A DNA stretch of 59,702 bases, the filler included. It is 4 parts of 4 records of this genome, joined end to end, with 100 filler letters (N's around TTAATTAATTAA, not from the genome) between each part and the next. Parts side by side here need not be neighbours in the genome. Positions count along the whole stretch, not along the records: positions 30,328 to 46,553 come from SRR2962707_4223; positions 46,654 to 59,702 come from SRR2962707_4225; 2 more parts are not named here. One strand, written 5' to 3'. Under the pieces are notes generated by a model. It was not told where the DNA came from. It saw only the letters and a program-made list of their open reading frames with translations, and ran no database searches. Below are positions 36,836 to 47,005 of the stretch, one piece after another (the stretch's first letter is position 1; the number at the start of each line of letters is the position of its first letter). Both the position numbers and the translations under genes were made by a program.

Positions 36836-37626
36836 TGCTGGATGATTTTCTACTGCGCGCGGCCCTTGCGGGCGTTGGCGTGGCACTGGCCGCAGCCCCT
36901 TTGGGGTGCTTTGTGGTATGGCGGCGCATGGCCTATTTCGGCGATGCAACGTCGCATGCTGCCCTGCTGGGGGTTGCGCTTGCCCTGTCCTTGGACCTGC
37001 CGGTTTTCGCTGGGGTATTGGTTGTCGCCTTGGCCATGGCCGTGATCGTCGCCGGGTTGAACGGGCGCAATGTCAGCACCGACGCCTTGCTGGGGGTTCT
37101 GGCCCACGGCGCACTGGCCATTGGTCTGGTCGCCGTGTCCCTGCTGCCCAACCAACGGGTCGACCTAAGCGCCTATCTTTTCGGGGAAATTCTGGCGGTG
37201 ACCAAAGGCGATCTGGCCGTGATCTGGGGCGGTGCTGCGGTATCGATTGCCCTGCTGGTCTGGCGTTGGCAGGCGTTGTTGTCTGCGACCCTCAACCCCG
37301 ATCTGGCCACTGCGAGCGGGCTGAACCCCAAACGCGAACAACTGATCCTGACGGTGGCCCTAGCTGTCACAGTTGCGGTCGCATTGAAGGTCGTGGGCGC
37401 GTTGTTGATTGCGGCGATGCTAATCATCCCTGCCGCCACCGCACGCCCGTTTTCACGTAGCCCTGAAACGATGGCGATTACCGCCGCTGTGATTGGCATG
37501 ATCTCGACCTTGGGCGGGCTGGCCGCGTCATTCGCATTTGACACGCCCACCGGACCCAGCATGGTCAGCGTCGCCGCTGTTCTGTTTGCAGCATCAACAG
37601 GGCTGGCAGCGGTCTTTCGGCGCTAG
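36835..37626 (+). CDS. znuB: Zinc ABC transporter permease
   Basis: GCFVVWRRMAYFGDATSH, YLFG, VGALLI.AMLIIPAA. Confidence 0.94.
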   Translation: MLDDFLLRAALAGVGVALAAAPLGCFVVWRRMAYFGDATSHAALLGVALALSLDLPVFAGVLVVALAMAVIVAGLNGRNVSTDALLGVLAHGALAIGLVAVSLLPNQRVDLSAYLFGEILAVTKGDLAVIWGGAAVSIALLVWRWQALLSATLNPDLATASGLNPKREQLILTVALAVTVAVALKVVGALLIAAMLIIPAATARPFSRSPETMAITAAVIGMISTLGGLAASFAFDTPTGPSMVSVAAVLFAASTGLAAVFRR

Positions 37627-38024
37627 CCCTTTGAAATAACGGCAGTTGCTTCGATCTCGACGCGGGCTTCATCCTCGATCAGGCCCGCGACCACGACCAT
37701 TGCCATCGCTGGAAAATGCCGCCCCATCACCTCGCGGTAGGCGCGGCCGACTTCGGCTTGGGCGGCCAGATATTCAGCTTTATCCGTCACATACCACGTC
37801 AGGCGCATGATATCTTCGGGCACACCGCCTGCGGCCTCGACCACGTCGCGGATGTTGCGTAACGCCTGCTTCATCTGGCCAATGAAATCATGTGCCTCGA
37901 ATTTTTGATCTGCCGTCCACCCGATCTGGCCGCCGACAAACAGATGCCCGTCCGCGCTGAGCATCCCGTTGGCATAGCCTTTGGCCGGGGCCCACCCTTC
38001 GGGCTGGATCACTTGATGAGACAT
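37623..38024 (-). CDS. RidA/YjgF family protein (AbmF-like)
   Basis: GYANG, GQIGW, FPAM, VEIEATA. Confidence 0.9.
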   Translation of the reverse strand: MSHQVIQPEGWAPAKGYANGMLSADGHLFVGGQIGWTADQKFEAHDFIGQMKQALRNIRDVVEAAGGVPEDIMRLTWYVTDKAEYLAAQAEVGRAYREVMGRHFPAMAMVVVAGLIEDEARVEIEATAVISKG

Positions 38025-38048
38025 TTGTTTTCCTTTTCAGTCAGGCGC

Positions 38049-38738
38049 TTAGACGCCAAGATATTGATCGGCAACAGCGGCATCCAGGGCATCCATACGC
38101 CCCGACCAGACAGAAGCGCCGCGTTCCAGTATAACGGCACGGTCTGCGACCTGTCGCAATTCGGCCAGTGATTTATCGACAACCAGCAATGCCAGTCCAG
38201 AGTCACGCTTGAGCGTGGCGACAGCAGCCCAGATTTCCTGACGCACCACAGGGGCCAGCCCTTCGGTCGCCTCGTCCAGCATCAGCAGCGTCGGGTTTGT
38301 CATCAACGCGCGGCCAATTGCCAGCATTTGCTGTTCGCCCCCCGACAGCGACGCCGCGATCTGATCGACGCGTTCGCCCAAACGCGGAAACAGCGCGCAT
38401 ACCCTGTCAAAATCCCACGCGCCGGGGCGCGCGGCGGCAATCAGGTTTTCATAAACGGTAAGCGGGCCAAAACAACGCCGCCCTTCGGGGACCAACCCCA
38501 GCCCCGCCTGCGCCGCCTTGTAGCTTGGCAACGGACCCAGATCGCGGCCATTGAAATGCACGGTGCCAGCGGACTGTTTCAGCATCCGGCAGATGACTTT
38601 GATCGTTGTGGATTTGCCCATGCCATTGCGGCCCATCAGCGCGCAGACCTCGCCGGCCTCAAGCGTCAGATCGACGCCGAACAACGCTTGGGACGGGCCG
38701 TAAGACGCTGTAATGCCTCTAAGTTCCAACAAGCTCAT
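38049..38738 (-). CDS. Branched-chain-type ABC transporter ATPase (LivF-like)
   Basis: GRNGMGKS, VPEGR, LSGGEQQM, LDE. Confidence 0.92.
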   Translation of the reverse strand: MSLLELRGITASYGPSQALFGVDLTLEAGEVCALMGRNGMGKSTTIKVICRMLKQSAGTVHFNGRDLGPLPSYKAAQAGLGLVPEGRRCFGPLTVYENLIAAARPGAWDFDRVCALFPRLGERVDQIAASLSGGEQQMLAIGRALMTNPTLLMLDEATEGLAPVVRQEIWAAVATLKRDSGLALLVVDKSLAELRQVADRAVILERGASVWSGRMDALDAAVADQYLGV

Positions 38739-39490
38739 GCCGCATCCTCCGCACCTAGATAGGCCTCGCGGACGGTGGGGTCGCGTTTGATTTCGTCAGC
38801 CGTGCCCGTGGCGATCACCCGCCCATAGACCAACACGCTGATCCGATCCGCAAGGGCAAAAACTGCATCCATATCATGTTCGACCAGCAATATCGGGGCC
38901 TGCGCCCGCAGCGCGTCTAGGAAACCGGTCAGCCGTTTTGAGCCTGACGCGCCAAGTCCCGCCATCGGCTCATCCATCAAGAAAACCTTGGGTTCGAGCG
39001 TCAGGGCCACGGCAACCTCAAGCAGGCGACGTTGGCCGTGGGACAGATCGGCGGTACGTTTGGCGGCCTGATCGGCCAGCCCGACGCGTTCCAGCGCGGC
39101 CATGCCGCGATCAACCAACGCGCGGTCCTTCATCACCGGGCTAAAGAAACGCATCACGCCGCCATCATGCCCCAATGCGCCCAACACGGTATTTTGCAGC
39201 ACCGTATATTCCATCGCCAGCGATGATATCTGGAATGTCCGCCCCAACCCTGCCCGCGCGCGCGGCACCGTCCCCAAGTGCGTCACATCGCGGCCCGCAA
39301 ATTCAACTGCGCCACTATCAGAGCGCAAGCCGCCCGCGATCTGTTTGATCAACGTCGATTTGCCCGCCCCGTTCGGGCCGATCAGCGCGTGGATTTCCCC
39401 CGGCACCAACGTCAACGACACATCATCCGTCGCCTTCAGCGCGCCAAAGCTTTTGTTCAGGTGCGATAGCTTTAACAATGGATCAGTCAT
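38735..39490 (-). CDS. Branched-chain-type ABC transporter ATPase (LivG-like)
   Basis: GPNGAGKS, RTFQ, LSHG, DEP.AG, VEHDM, AYLG. Confidence 0.92.
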   Translation of the reverse strand: MTDPLLKLSHLNKSFGALKATDDVSLTLVPGEIHALIGPNGAGKSTLIKQIAGGLRSDSGAVEFAGRDVTHLGTVPRARAGLGRTFQISSLAMEYTVLQNTVLGALGHDGGVMRFFSPVMKDRALVDRGMAALERVGLADQAAKRTADLSHGQRRLLEVAVALTLEPKVFLMDEPMAGLGASGSKRLTGFLDALRAQAPILLVEHDMDAVFALADRISVLVYGRVIATGTADEIKRDPTVREAYLGAEDAA

Positions 39491-40466
39491 GTGCCACCTC
39501 GCGCCCTGCAATCGTGCCAATCAGGCCGCCGCGTGCAAACAACACCACCAGCAGCAAAAGCAGGCCCAGATAAACGTGCCAGAACTCGCTTAGCCCGCCC
39601 AATGTGTGTTCGAGCAAGATATACAGCGCCGCCCCGGCCACAGGGCCAAACAGCCGCCCGACCCCGCCTAAGATGACGAACACCATGATCTCTCCGCTGG
39701 TATGCCAGCTGAACATGGTGGGGCTGACGAAACGGTTAAGATCGGCAAACAGCGCCCCGGCCAACCCGGTAACGGCACCCGAGATGACAAAGGCCACCAG
39801 ACGCAATCGAAACGGGGTCAGGCCCACGGTTTCAACCCGTTCGGCGTTTTGCCGTGCCGCCGACAGCGCCAGCCCAAAACGTGCCTTGGCCAGACGGCCC
39901 GCGCCAAACAGAACGATGGCCAGAATGCCAAAGGCGATGGCAAAGAACTGGATCGGATCAAGGGTGTTCAACCCCGGAAAATCATTGCGAACATAGATAG
40001 ATAGCCCATCCTCGCCTCCATAAGCCGGCCAAGAGATCGCGAAGTAATAGAGCATCTGACCAAAGGCGAGCGTGATCATGATAAAGTAAACGCCCGTCGT
40101 GCGCAGGCTAAGCGCGCCAATCGCAAGCGCGGCAAGCGCCGAGGCGACGATCGCAACGCACCAGATCACCAGCATCGATTTAGTGCCTTCGATCAGAAAC
40201 GGGGTTTCCATCAGCAGCGTATAGCTTTGGGCGTGGCTGGCAAGGATGCCCATGGCATAGCCCCCCAACCCGAAAAACGCCGCGTGCCCAAAGCTGACCA
40301 ACCCGCCAAGCCCCAGTGCGATATTCAGGCCGACACCCGCCAAGGCAAGGATCGCCGCCTTGGTCGCCAAGGTGATAATAAACGGCTCGTCCAGCGCGAA
40401 TGCGGCCAGCGCCGTGGCGGGCAGGATCGCGAATAATACAATGTTCAAAAGGGTTTCGCGGGTCAT
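39483..40466 (-). CDS. Branched-chain-type ABC transporter permease (LivM-like)
   Basis: GLVSFGHAAFFG, GVYFIMITLAF, GGEDG. Confidence 0.9.
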   Translation of the reverse strand: MTRETLLNIVLFAILPATALAAFALDEPFIITLATKAAILALAGVGLNIALGLGGLVSFGHAAFFGLGGYAMGILASHAQSYTLLMETPFLIEGTKSMLVIWCVAIVASALAALAIGALSLRTTGVYFIMITLAFGQMLYYFAISWPAYGGEDGLSIYVRNDFPGLNTLDPIQFFAIAFGILAIVLFGAGRLAKARFGLALSAARQNAERVETVGLTPFRLRLVAFVISGAVTGLAGALFADLNRFVSPTMFSWHTSGEIMVFVILGGVGRLFGPVAGAALYILLEHTLGGLSEFWHVYLGLLLLLVVLFARGGLIGTIAGREVAHD

Positions 40467-40467
40467 G

Positions 40468-41385
40468 TTACTTCCCTCCAAACAGGCCGGAGGGTTTGAA
40501 CAGCAACACCCCAACCATCAAGATATAGATTGCCATAGACGCGACCGCCGACCCGACCGATGTCGCCGATGACGCGGGCATAAAGGTCGCGAAAAGCGGC
40601 GGCAGCAGCACGCCGCCCAACGTGTCGGTCAGCCCAACAAGGATCGACCCGACCAGCGCCCCCTTGATCGATCCGATGCCGCCAATCACGATCACCACAA
40701 AGGCAAGGATCAACACCGGTTCACCCATCCCGACCTGCACCGATTGGATCGCCCCCACCAGCGCACCAGCAAGCCCGGCAAGGGCCGCGCCAAGGGCAAA
40801 AACCATCGTATAAAGCTTTGAGATATCAATGCCCAAGGCGGCGATCATCTCGCGGTCAGCCTCGCCTGCGCGGATCTGGATACCGATGCGCGTTTTCGCG
40901 ATCAGCCAGAAAACACCAGCCGCGACCAGTAGGCCGACGCCGATAATCACCAAACGATACAGCGGATATAGAATACCTCCCGGCAGCATGATCGGGCCAG
41001 CCAGTGCTGCGGGTACGTCCAAGAACAGCGGAAACGACCCAAACAGCCAGCGCGTCCCTTCGGAGAAAATCAGAATTAAAGCAAAGGTGGCAAGCACTTG
41101 GTCCAGATGATCACGGTCATACAGACGGCGGATCACCAACAATTCAACCAATGCACCCGCCGCAGCGGCTGCGGCCAGCGCGGCAACCAACGCCAAGGCA
41201 AAAGACCCCGTCCATCCCGCGACAGCTGCCGCAGCAAACGCACCAACCATATACAGCGATCCGTGGGCCAGATTGATCAGGCCCATAACGCCGAAAATCA
41301 GGGTCAAGCCGGCAGCCATCAGGAATAGCATCACACCGAACTGAAGCCCGTTCAGGACCTGTTCGATCAATAATATCGTCGACAT
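40468..41385 (-). CDS. Branched-chain-type ABC transporter permease (LivH-like)
   Basis: NGL..G, GLTLIFGVMGLINLAHG, AFVVIVIGG.GS. Confidence 0.92.
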   Translation of the reverse strand: MSTILLIEQVLNGLQFGVMLFLMAAGLTLIFGVMGLINLAHGSLYMVGAFAAAAVAGWTGSFALALVAALAAAAAAGALVELLVIRRLYDRDHLDQVLATFALILIFSEGTRWLFGSFPLFLDVPAALAGPIMLPGGILYPLYRLVIIGVGLLVAAGVFWLIAKTRIGIQIRAGEADREMIAALGIDISKLYTMVFALGAALAGLAGALVGAIQSVQVGMGEPVLILAFVVIVIGGIGSIKGALVGSILVGLTDTLGGVLLPPLFATFMPASSATSVGSAVASMAIYILMVGVLLFKPSGLFGGK

Positions 41386-41469
41386 AAGGGGGCGTTCCTT
41401 AGGTAACTCTTGCAGGGGGCGATCTGCCAGAACACGCTGCGCCAGTGAACACCGGCGCAGCGGATTAGA

Positions 41470-42609
41470 TTACATTTTGCAGTCAGCACCATAGACGTCT
41501 TGCTGGTCGCTGGATGCCACGCCGATGATCTTGTTTGTCACGACATCACCCTCTTTGATGACCTCGCGCATGTAGATATCTTGGATCGGGTGGTGGTTTG
41601 GCGCGAATGCGAAATCACCCCGTACCGATGCAAAATCGGCTTCTTCAAGTGCGGCTTGGAACGCCGCCGCGTCCTTGACATCTGCCTTGCCCATTGCACT
41701 GAGCAACAACAGTGCGGTGTCATATCCCTGCGCCGCATAAAGCGATGGCAGGCGGCCATACTCGGCTTGGAAGTCTGCAACGAATTTCTTGTTCGCCGCG
41801 TTGTCGATGTCTTTGGACCAGTGCGATGTGTTCTTGACGCCCAGTGCAGCATCGCCAATCGCGCCCAAGATACCTTGGTCAAAGCTGAACGCTGGACCCA
41901 TCACATTTTTCTCAACGCCAGAACCGGCAAATTGTTTCATAAATGAAATCCCCATGCCGCCGGGCAGGAAGAAATAGACCGTATCTGCATCCGATGCGCG
42001 GATTTGTGCAATTTCGGCGGCATAGTCGGTCTGGCCCAATTTGGTGTAAACCTCGCCCACGACCTCCCCCTTAAAGGTACGTTTGAACCCATTCATACCG
42101 TCTGTGCCCGCAGGATAGTTCGGGGCCATCAGGAAGACTTTTTCGATGCCATTATCGCTGGCCCACTTTCCGCCCGCCTCATAGAAGGCGTCGTTTTGCC
42201 AAGCGACGTTAAAGTACAGCGGGCTGCACCCTTTGCCGGCCAACGCGGATGGGCCCGCGTTTGGGGACAGGTAGAATTTGCCTTGTGCGGTCGCGGCGGG
42301 CACCACGGCCATGGCAAGGTTGGACCAGATGATCCCGGTCAAAACGTCGACCTTTTCGGACTGGATCAGCTTGTCGGTCAATTGCACCGCGACATCCGGT
42401 TTGCGCTGGTCGTCTTCGATCACCAGTTCCAGATTATCGTTGCCCTTGGCCGCCAGAACAAAGCCGTCGCGCACGTCAATGCCCAGGCCCGCACCACCAC
42501 CAGACAGTGTTGTGATCATGCCAACTTTGACCTTGCCGCCTTCGGCATAGGCCATGCCCGCGCCAAGCGCCGCGATCGAGGCCGCAGCAATTAGTGTTCT
42601 TAGTTTCAT
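41470..42609 (-). CDS. ABC transporter substrate-binding protein (aromatic acid / AbmH-like)
   Basis: Signal peptide, TTLSG, EDDQ, GIIWSN, NAGPS, APNY, FFLPGGMG. Confidence 0.88.
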   Translation of the reverse strand: MKLRTLIAAASIAALGAGMAYAEGGKVKVGMITTLSGGGAGLGIDVRDGFVLAAKGNDNLELVIEDDQRKPDVAVQLTDKLIQSEKVDVLTGIIWSNLAMAVVPAATAQGKFYLSPNAGPSALAGKGCSPLYFNVAWQNDAFYEAGGKWASDNGIEKVFLMAPNYPAGTDGMNGFKRTFKGEVVGEVYTKLGQTDYAAEIAQIRASDADTVYFFLPGGMGISFMKQFAGSGVEKNVMGPAFSFDQGILGAIGDAALGVKNTSHWSKDIDNAANKKFVADFQAEYGRLPSLYAAQGYDTALLLLSAMGKADVKDAAAFQAALEEADFASVRGDFAFAPNHHPIQDIYMREVIKEGDVVTNKIIGVASSDQQDVYGADCKM

Positions 42610-42696
42610 TGTAGTCTCCCTTGATGTGTGAGCCTCTTTTTGGGCTCGTTTGATAATTCTACAGTGACGCATGTGGCGCAGCGGTCAAGCAGCGCC

Positions 42697-43887
42697 TTAA
42701 GTGACCCGTGATTTCACCTTGTAAGCGTCGGTATCCCAAAGATTATTGTTCATTACGTCAGCAATAATCTTGACCGCTGCGGACACGTCAGCGCTGTCGA
42801 TATAGAGCGGCGTTAAGCCAAAGCGCATGATGTCGGGCGCACGGAAATCACCGATCACGCCGCGGTCAATCACCGCCTGCATCGCGGCATAGCCATGTTC
42901 GAACCGCCACGACACTTGCGATCCGCGTATCGCGGCATCGCGGGGGCTGGCCAGCGTCAGCGCGGGCACGTCGCGTTCAATTTCCGCGATGAATTGTTCC
43001 TGAAGCGCGATAGACGCGGCGCGCAGATCATTCATATCAACGTCGGCCCACAGCTCCATCGCGACCTCAAGTGCGGTCAGTTGGATCACGGGGGGCGTGC
43101 CCACCCGCATCCGTTCGATCCCGTTTCCGGGTGCATAATTCAGATCAAATTCAAACGGTTGACGGTGCCCAAGCCACCCTGCCAGCGCGGGTTCAACGGC
43201 GTCCGCAAGATCAGGGCGCACATAGATAAAGCCCGGCGCGCCCGGTCCACCGTTAAGATATTTATAGGTACAGCCCACCGCAAATTCCGCGTTCGAGGCG
43301 GTCATATCCACGGGCAGCGCGCCAGCAGAATGCGCAAGATCCCACACCATCACGGCCCCTTTGGCCTGGGCCAATTCCGTCACCGTCTTCATGTCATGCA
43401 TGCGGCCTGTGCGGTAATCGACCTCGGTCAACATCACCACAGCGACGTCTTCGCTGATCGCATCCATGACCTCTTCCGGGGCAACCGTGCGCAGTTCGTA
43501 TCCCTGCTCCAACAGCTTCACCAGCCCTTCTGCCATATAAAGGTCAGACGGAAAATTTCCATGATCACTTAGGATTACACGGCGATCTTTACGCAGTTTC
43601 AGGCCCGATGACAGCGCCTGAAACACCTTGATCGACAGTGTGTCGCCCATCACGACGGACCCGTCCGGCGCGCCAATGATGCGGGCGACCATATTGCCAA
43701 CGCGGCTGGGCTGCGCCATCCAATCAGCCTTGTTCCAGCCGCGGATCAGCATTTCGCCCCATTCATCCGCCATCATCGCCTGCACCCGAGCAGGCACCGC
43801 GCGCGGTAGTGGACCCAGCGAATTGCCATCCAGATAGATCACACCTTCGGGCAGAAAGAACGCCGCTTTATTCAAAATATCAGCCAC
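42697..43887 (-). CDS. kynU: Kynureninase (GTG start)
   Basis: YLDGNSLG, NFPSDLY, WDLAHSAGA, GCTYKYLNGGPG, GDFR.PD..RFG. Confidence 0.96.
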   Translation of the reverse strand: MADILNKAAFFLPEGVIYLDGNSLGPLPRAVPARVQAMMADEWGEMLIRGWNKADWMAQPSRVGNMVARIIGAPDGSVVMGDTLSIKVFQALSSGLKLRKDRRVILSDHGNFPSDLYMAEGLVKLLEQGYELRTVAPEEVMDAISEDVAVVMLTEVDYRTGRMHDMKTVTELAQAKGAVMVWDLAHSAGALPVDMTASNAEFAVGCTYKYLNGGPGAPGFIYVRPDLADAVEPALAGWLGHRQPFEFDLNYAPGNGIERMRVGTPPVIQLTALEVAMELWADVDMNDLRAASIALQEQFIAEIERDVPALTLASPRDAAIRGSQVSWRFEHGYAAMQAVIDRGVIGDFRAPDIMRFGLTPLYIDSADVSAAVKIIADVMNNNLWDTDAYKVKSRVT

Positions 43888-44715
43888 TTACAGGGCTCCT
43901 CTCACGTGCCATAGTTCCGGAAAAAGTTCGACTTCAAGCATTTTGCGCAGATAGGCAACGCCATTTGTGCCCCCCGTACCCCGTTTGAACCCGATGATCC
44001 GCTCGACGGTGGTGACGTGGTTAAAGCGCCAGCGGCGAAAGTAATCTTCAAGATCGACCAGCTTTTCCGCCAGCTCGTACAGTGCCCAATATTTCGACGG
44101 GTTTTCATAGACTTGCTGCCACAAGTCTTGCACGTCGGGTTGCGCATCCCAATTGGTTTTGCCCGGCTCGCCTGCCAGATTCACATGGTCGAAACCCTTG
44201 CACAGATGGGTGATGGCCACCTGATACAAGCTGGGCTGGGCCAACTCGTCTTGCAGCGCCTTTAGTGCGTCGGGTTTATGTTTGTGCACCTGCATCAGCG
44301 CCCCGTTGCGGTTGCCCAGCAGATATTCGACAAGACGGTATTGGTGCGACTGAAACCCGCTGGAATTGCCCAAGGACGGCCGAAAGGCTGTGTATTCGCT
44401 GGGGGTCATCGTGCGCAGTACATCCCACGCATTGTTGAGCTGCTCAAATATCCGCGCCACCCGCGACAGCATCTTAAACGCCGAGGCCAAATCGTCGGTC
44501 AGCATCACCTTGCGGGCCGCTTGCAGCTCATGAATGGCCAGCCGCATCCACAGTTCGGACGTCTGATGCTGCACGATGAACAGCATCTCGTCATGGGCGT
44601 CACTTAGCGGGTGTTGCGACGACAGGATCGCATCAAGCCCCAGATAATCGCCATAGGACATGTCCTTGGCAAAATCCATTTTCGCCCCTTTTGAGGCTTC
44701 GTCAAAACTACTCAC
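43888..44715 (-). CDS. kynA: Tryptophan 2,3-dioxygenase (GTG start)
   Basis: [32 protein letters not shown]...VERIIG.K.GTGG. Confidence 0.96.
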   Translation of the reverse strand: MSSFDEASKGAKMDFAKDMSYGDYLGLDAILSSQHPLSDAHDEMLFIVQHQTSELWMRLAIHELQAARKVMLTDDLASAFKMLSRVARIFEQLNNAWDVLRTMTPSEYTAFRPSLGNSSGFQSHQYRLVEYLLGNRNGALMQVHKHKPDALKALQDELAQPSLYQVAITHLCKGFDHVNLAGEPGKTNWDAQPDVQDLWQQVYENPSKYWALYELAEKLVDLEDYFRRWRFNHVTTVERIIGFKRGTGGTNGVAYLRKMLEVELFPELWHVRGAL

Positions 44716-46328
44716 TGTTTTTCCCTTAGCGCAAAACGCTGTATCTTGCCGGTCGCAGTCTTTGGCAATGCATCGATAAATTGAACGTCTCGTGGATATT
44801 TAAACGGTGCAATGGTCGCTTTAACATGATCCTGCAACAGCTTGATTGTATTTTCATTTTTTGGCACATCTTCCCTCAGAACGATATGCCCCTGCACGAT
44901 CGATCCGCGCTGTTCATCAGGCTTTGCGACCACAGCACATTCCAAAACAAAGGGGTGTGCCAGCAGTGCCGCTTCGACCTCGGGGCCTGCGATGTTATAG
45001 CCTGACGAAATGATCATGTCATCGTTGCGTGCGGCGAAATGCAGGTACCCGTCGTTGTCCATACTAAAGCTGTCGCCGGTGATGTTCCAACCGTCTTTGA
45101 CGTAAACCGCCTGCCGGTCATCCGCCAGATAGCGACACCCGGTGGGCCCTTGCACCGCCAACCGCCCCACATCCCCGCGCGGCAATTCTGTGCCATCCTC
45201 ATCGACCACCTTGACCCGGTAGCCCGTGACAGGCTTGCCCGTGCAGGCGGCCCGATGGTCATCAAAACGGTTCGAAATAAAGATATGCAACATCTCGGTC
45301 GCGCCAATCCCGTCCAGCATCGGCTTGCCGGTTTTTTCCTGCCACTCGTGGTAAACGGGCGCGGGCAAGGTTTCCCCCGCACTGACAGCGGCCCGCAGGC
45401 TCGACAGATCGGCACCGCCGTCCATCGCCACCAACATCGCACGATAGGCCGTGGGGGCGGTAAAACACACGGTCGCTTTGTATTTTTCAATGATTTCAAT
45501 CATGTTCGGCGGTGACGCGGTTTCCAGCAATGTGGCTGCCGCACCAAATCGCAACGGAAATATCGCCAACCCGCCCAAGCCAAAGGTAAACGCCAAAGGC
45601 GGCGATCCTACGAAAACGTCGTCCGGCGTGACGTTCAGAACCTCGCGCGCATAGCCGTCTGCGATAATCAGCAGGTCCCGGTGAAAATGCATTGTCGCCT
45701 TGGGGCTGCCCGTCGTACCCGAGGTAAAGCCGAGCAAGGCCACATCATCAACAGCCGTATCAACCGACTGAAATTGAACAGGTTTTTCCAGCGCAAGCCG
45801 GTCAAGCTCAGCATCATGGTTGCTGGTCCCATCGAACCCGACCACAGATTTCAAAAACCGGGAGGTTTTCGCACAGGCCGTCATCTCGTCCATCAACCGC
45901 GTGTCGCATATCGCGTGGCTGATCTCGGCTTTATCGACGATTGCCGTTAACTCTCCGGCGCGCAGCATCGGCATTGTGTTCACCACCACCGCACCCGCCT
46001 TGGTCGCAGCCAACCAGCACGCGACCATCGCAGGGTTGTTCGCCGACCGGATCAACACCCGGTTGCCCGGCTTCACCCCTAGGTTCTCAACCATGGCGCG
46101 CGCCAGTTTGTTGGTCCAGTCGGCCATCTCTTTATAGCTGCGCCTGCGCCCGTTTCCGATCAAGGCAGTGCAATCACCAAACCCCTTTTTAACCATTTTA
46201 TCAGTAAGTTCTACGGCGACATTCAACCGCTCAGGATAGTCAAACCCCTCTAACAACAGCTCCGGCCAGCTTTGCATTGGCGGCAAATTATCCCGTGAAA
46301 AGCTATCGACATGTCCTGACGGTTGCAT
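44712..46328 (-). CDS. Aryl-CoA ligase, 2-aminobenzoate-CoA ligase (AbmG)-like
   Basis: [54 protein letters not shown]. Confidence 0.88.
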   Translation of the reverse strand: MQPSGHVDSFSRDNLPPMQSWPELLLEGFDYPERLNVAVELTDKMVKKGFGDCTALIGNGRRRSYKEMADWTNKLARAMVENLGVKPGNRVLIRSANNPAMVACWLAATKAGAVVVNTMPMLRAGELTAIVDKAEISHAICDTRLMDEMTACAKTSRFLKSVVGFDGTSNHDAELDRLALEKPVQFQSVDTAVDDVALLGFTSGTTGSPKATMHFHRDLLIIADGYAREVLNVTPDDVFVGSPPLAFTFGLGGLAIFPLRFGAAATLLETASPPNMIEIIEKYKATVCFTAPTAYRAMLVAMDGGADLSSLRAAVSAGETLPAPVYHEWQEKTGKPMLDGIGATEMLHIFISNRFDDHRAACTGKPVTGYRVKVVDEDGTELPRGDVGRLAVQGPTGCRYLADDRQAVYVKDGWNITGDSFSMDNDGYLHFAARNDDMIISSGYNIAGPEVEAALLAHPFVLECAVVAKPDEQRGSIVQGHIVLREDVPKNENTIKLLQDHVKATIAPFKYPRDVQFIDALPKTATGKIQRFALREKQ

Positions 46329-46339
46329 ACCTAAATCCT

Positions 46340-46553
46340 CTACATCGCACCAATGGTTTGACGCGCAATCACAACCCGCTGCACGTCTGATGCGCCTTCA
46401 TAAATGCGCAACGCTCTGATTTCGCGGTACAGGCTTTCCACCATCATACCGTGGCGCACCCCGTCGCCCCCAAACAGTTGCACCGCCTTATCGATCACCA
46501 GTTGCGCGTGATCGGTGGCAAACAGCTTGGCCATCGCGGCCTCGCGGGTGACC
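46340..46553 (-). CDS. Acyl-CoA dehydrogenase, C-terminal fragment
   Basis: [39 protein letters not shown]. Confidence 0.9.
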
Positions 46554-46653
46554 NNNNNNNNNNNNNNNNNNNNNNNNNNNNNNNNNNNNNNNNNNNNTTA
46601 ATTAATTAANNNNNNNNNNNNNNNNNNNNNNNNNNNNNNNNNNNNNNNNNNNN
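46554..46653. other. Artificial contig spacer
   Basis: N-run + TTAATTAATTAA + N-run. Confidence 0.99.
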
Positions 46654-47002
46654 CCTTGAAGTACATCATGGTGCCACCCACCAGCAACGGGATCCGGCCA
46701 CGGCCAGATATCTCGCTCATGGCCGCCAACGCATCGCGGCGAAAATCCGCCGCGGAATAGGTCTCCGCCGGATCACAGATATCGATCAATCGATGTGGTG
46801 CCAGGGCGAGTTCTTCAGGCGAAGGTTTGGCAGTGCCAATGTCCATGCCACGATAAACCATCGCGGAATCCACACTGATGATTTCACAGGGCAACGTACG
46901 GCAGAGCTCAATGGCAAGATCGGTCTTGCCAGACGCAGTCGGCCCCATCAGAAAGATCGTTGGCGGCAATGAACCCTGCTGGGAGCGGTTATCGGGAATC
47001 AC
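46654..47002 (-). CDS. miaA: tRNA dimethylallyltransferase, N-terminal fragment
   Basis: [31 protein letters not shown]. Confidence 0.96.
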
Positions 47003-47005
47003 CGC

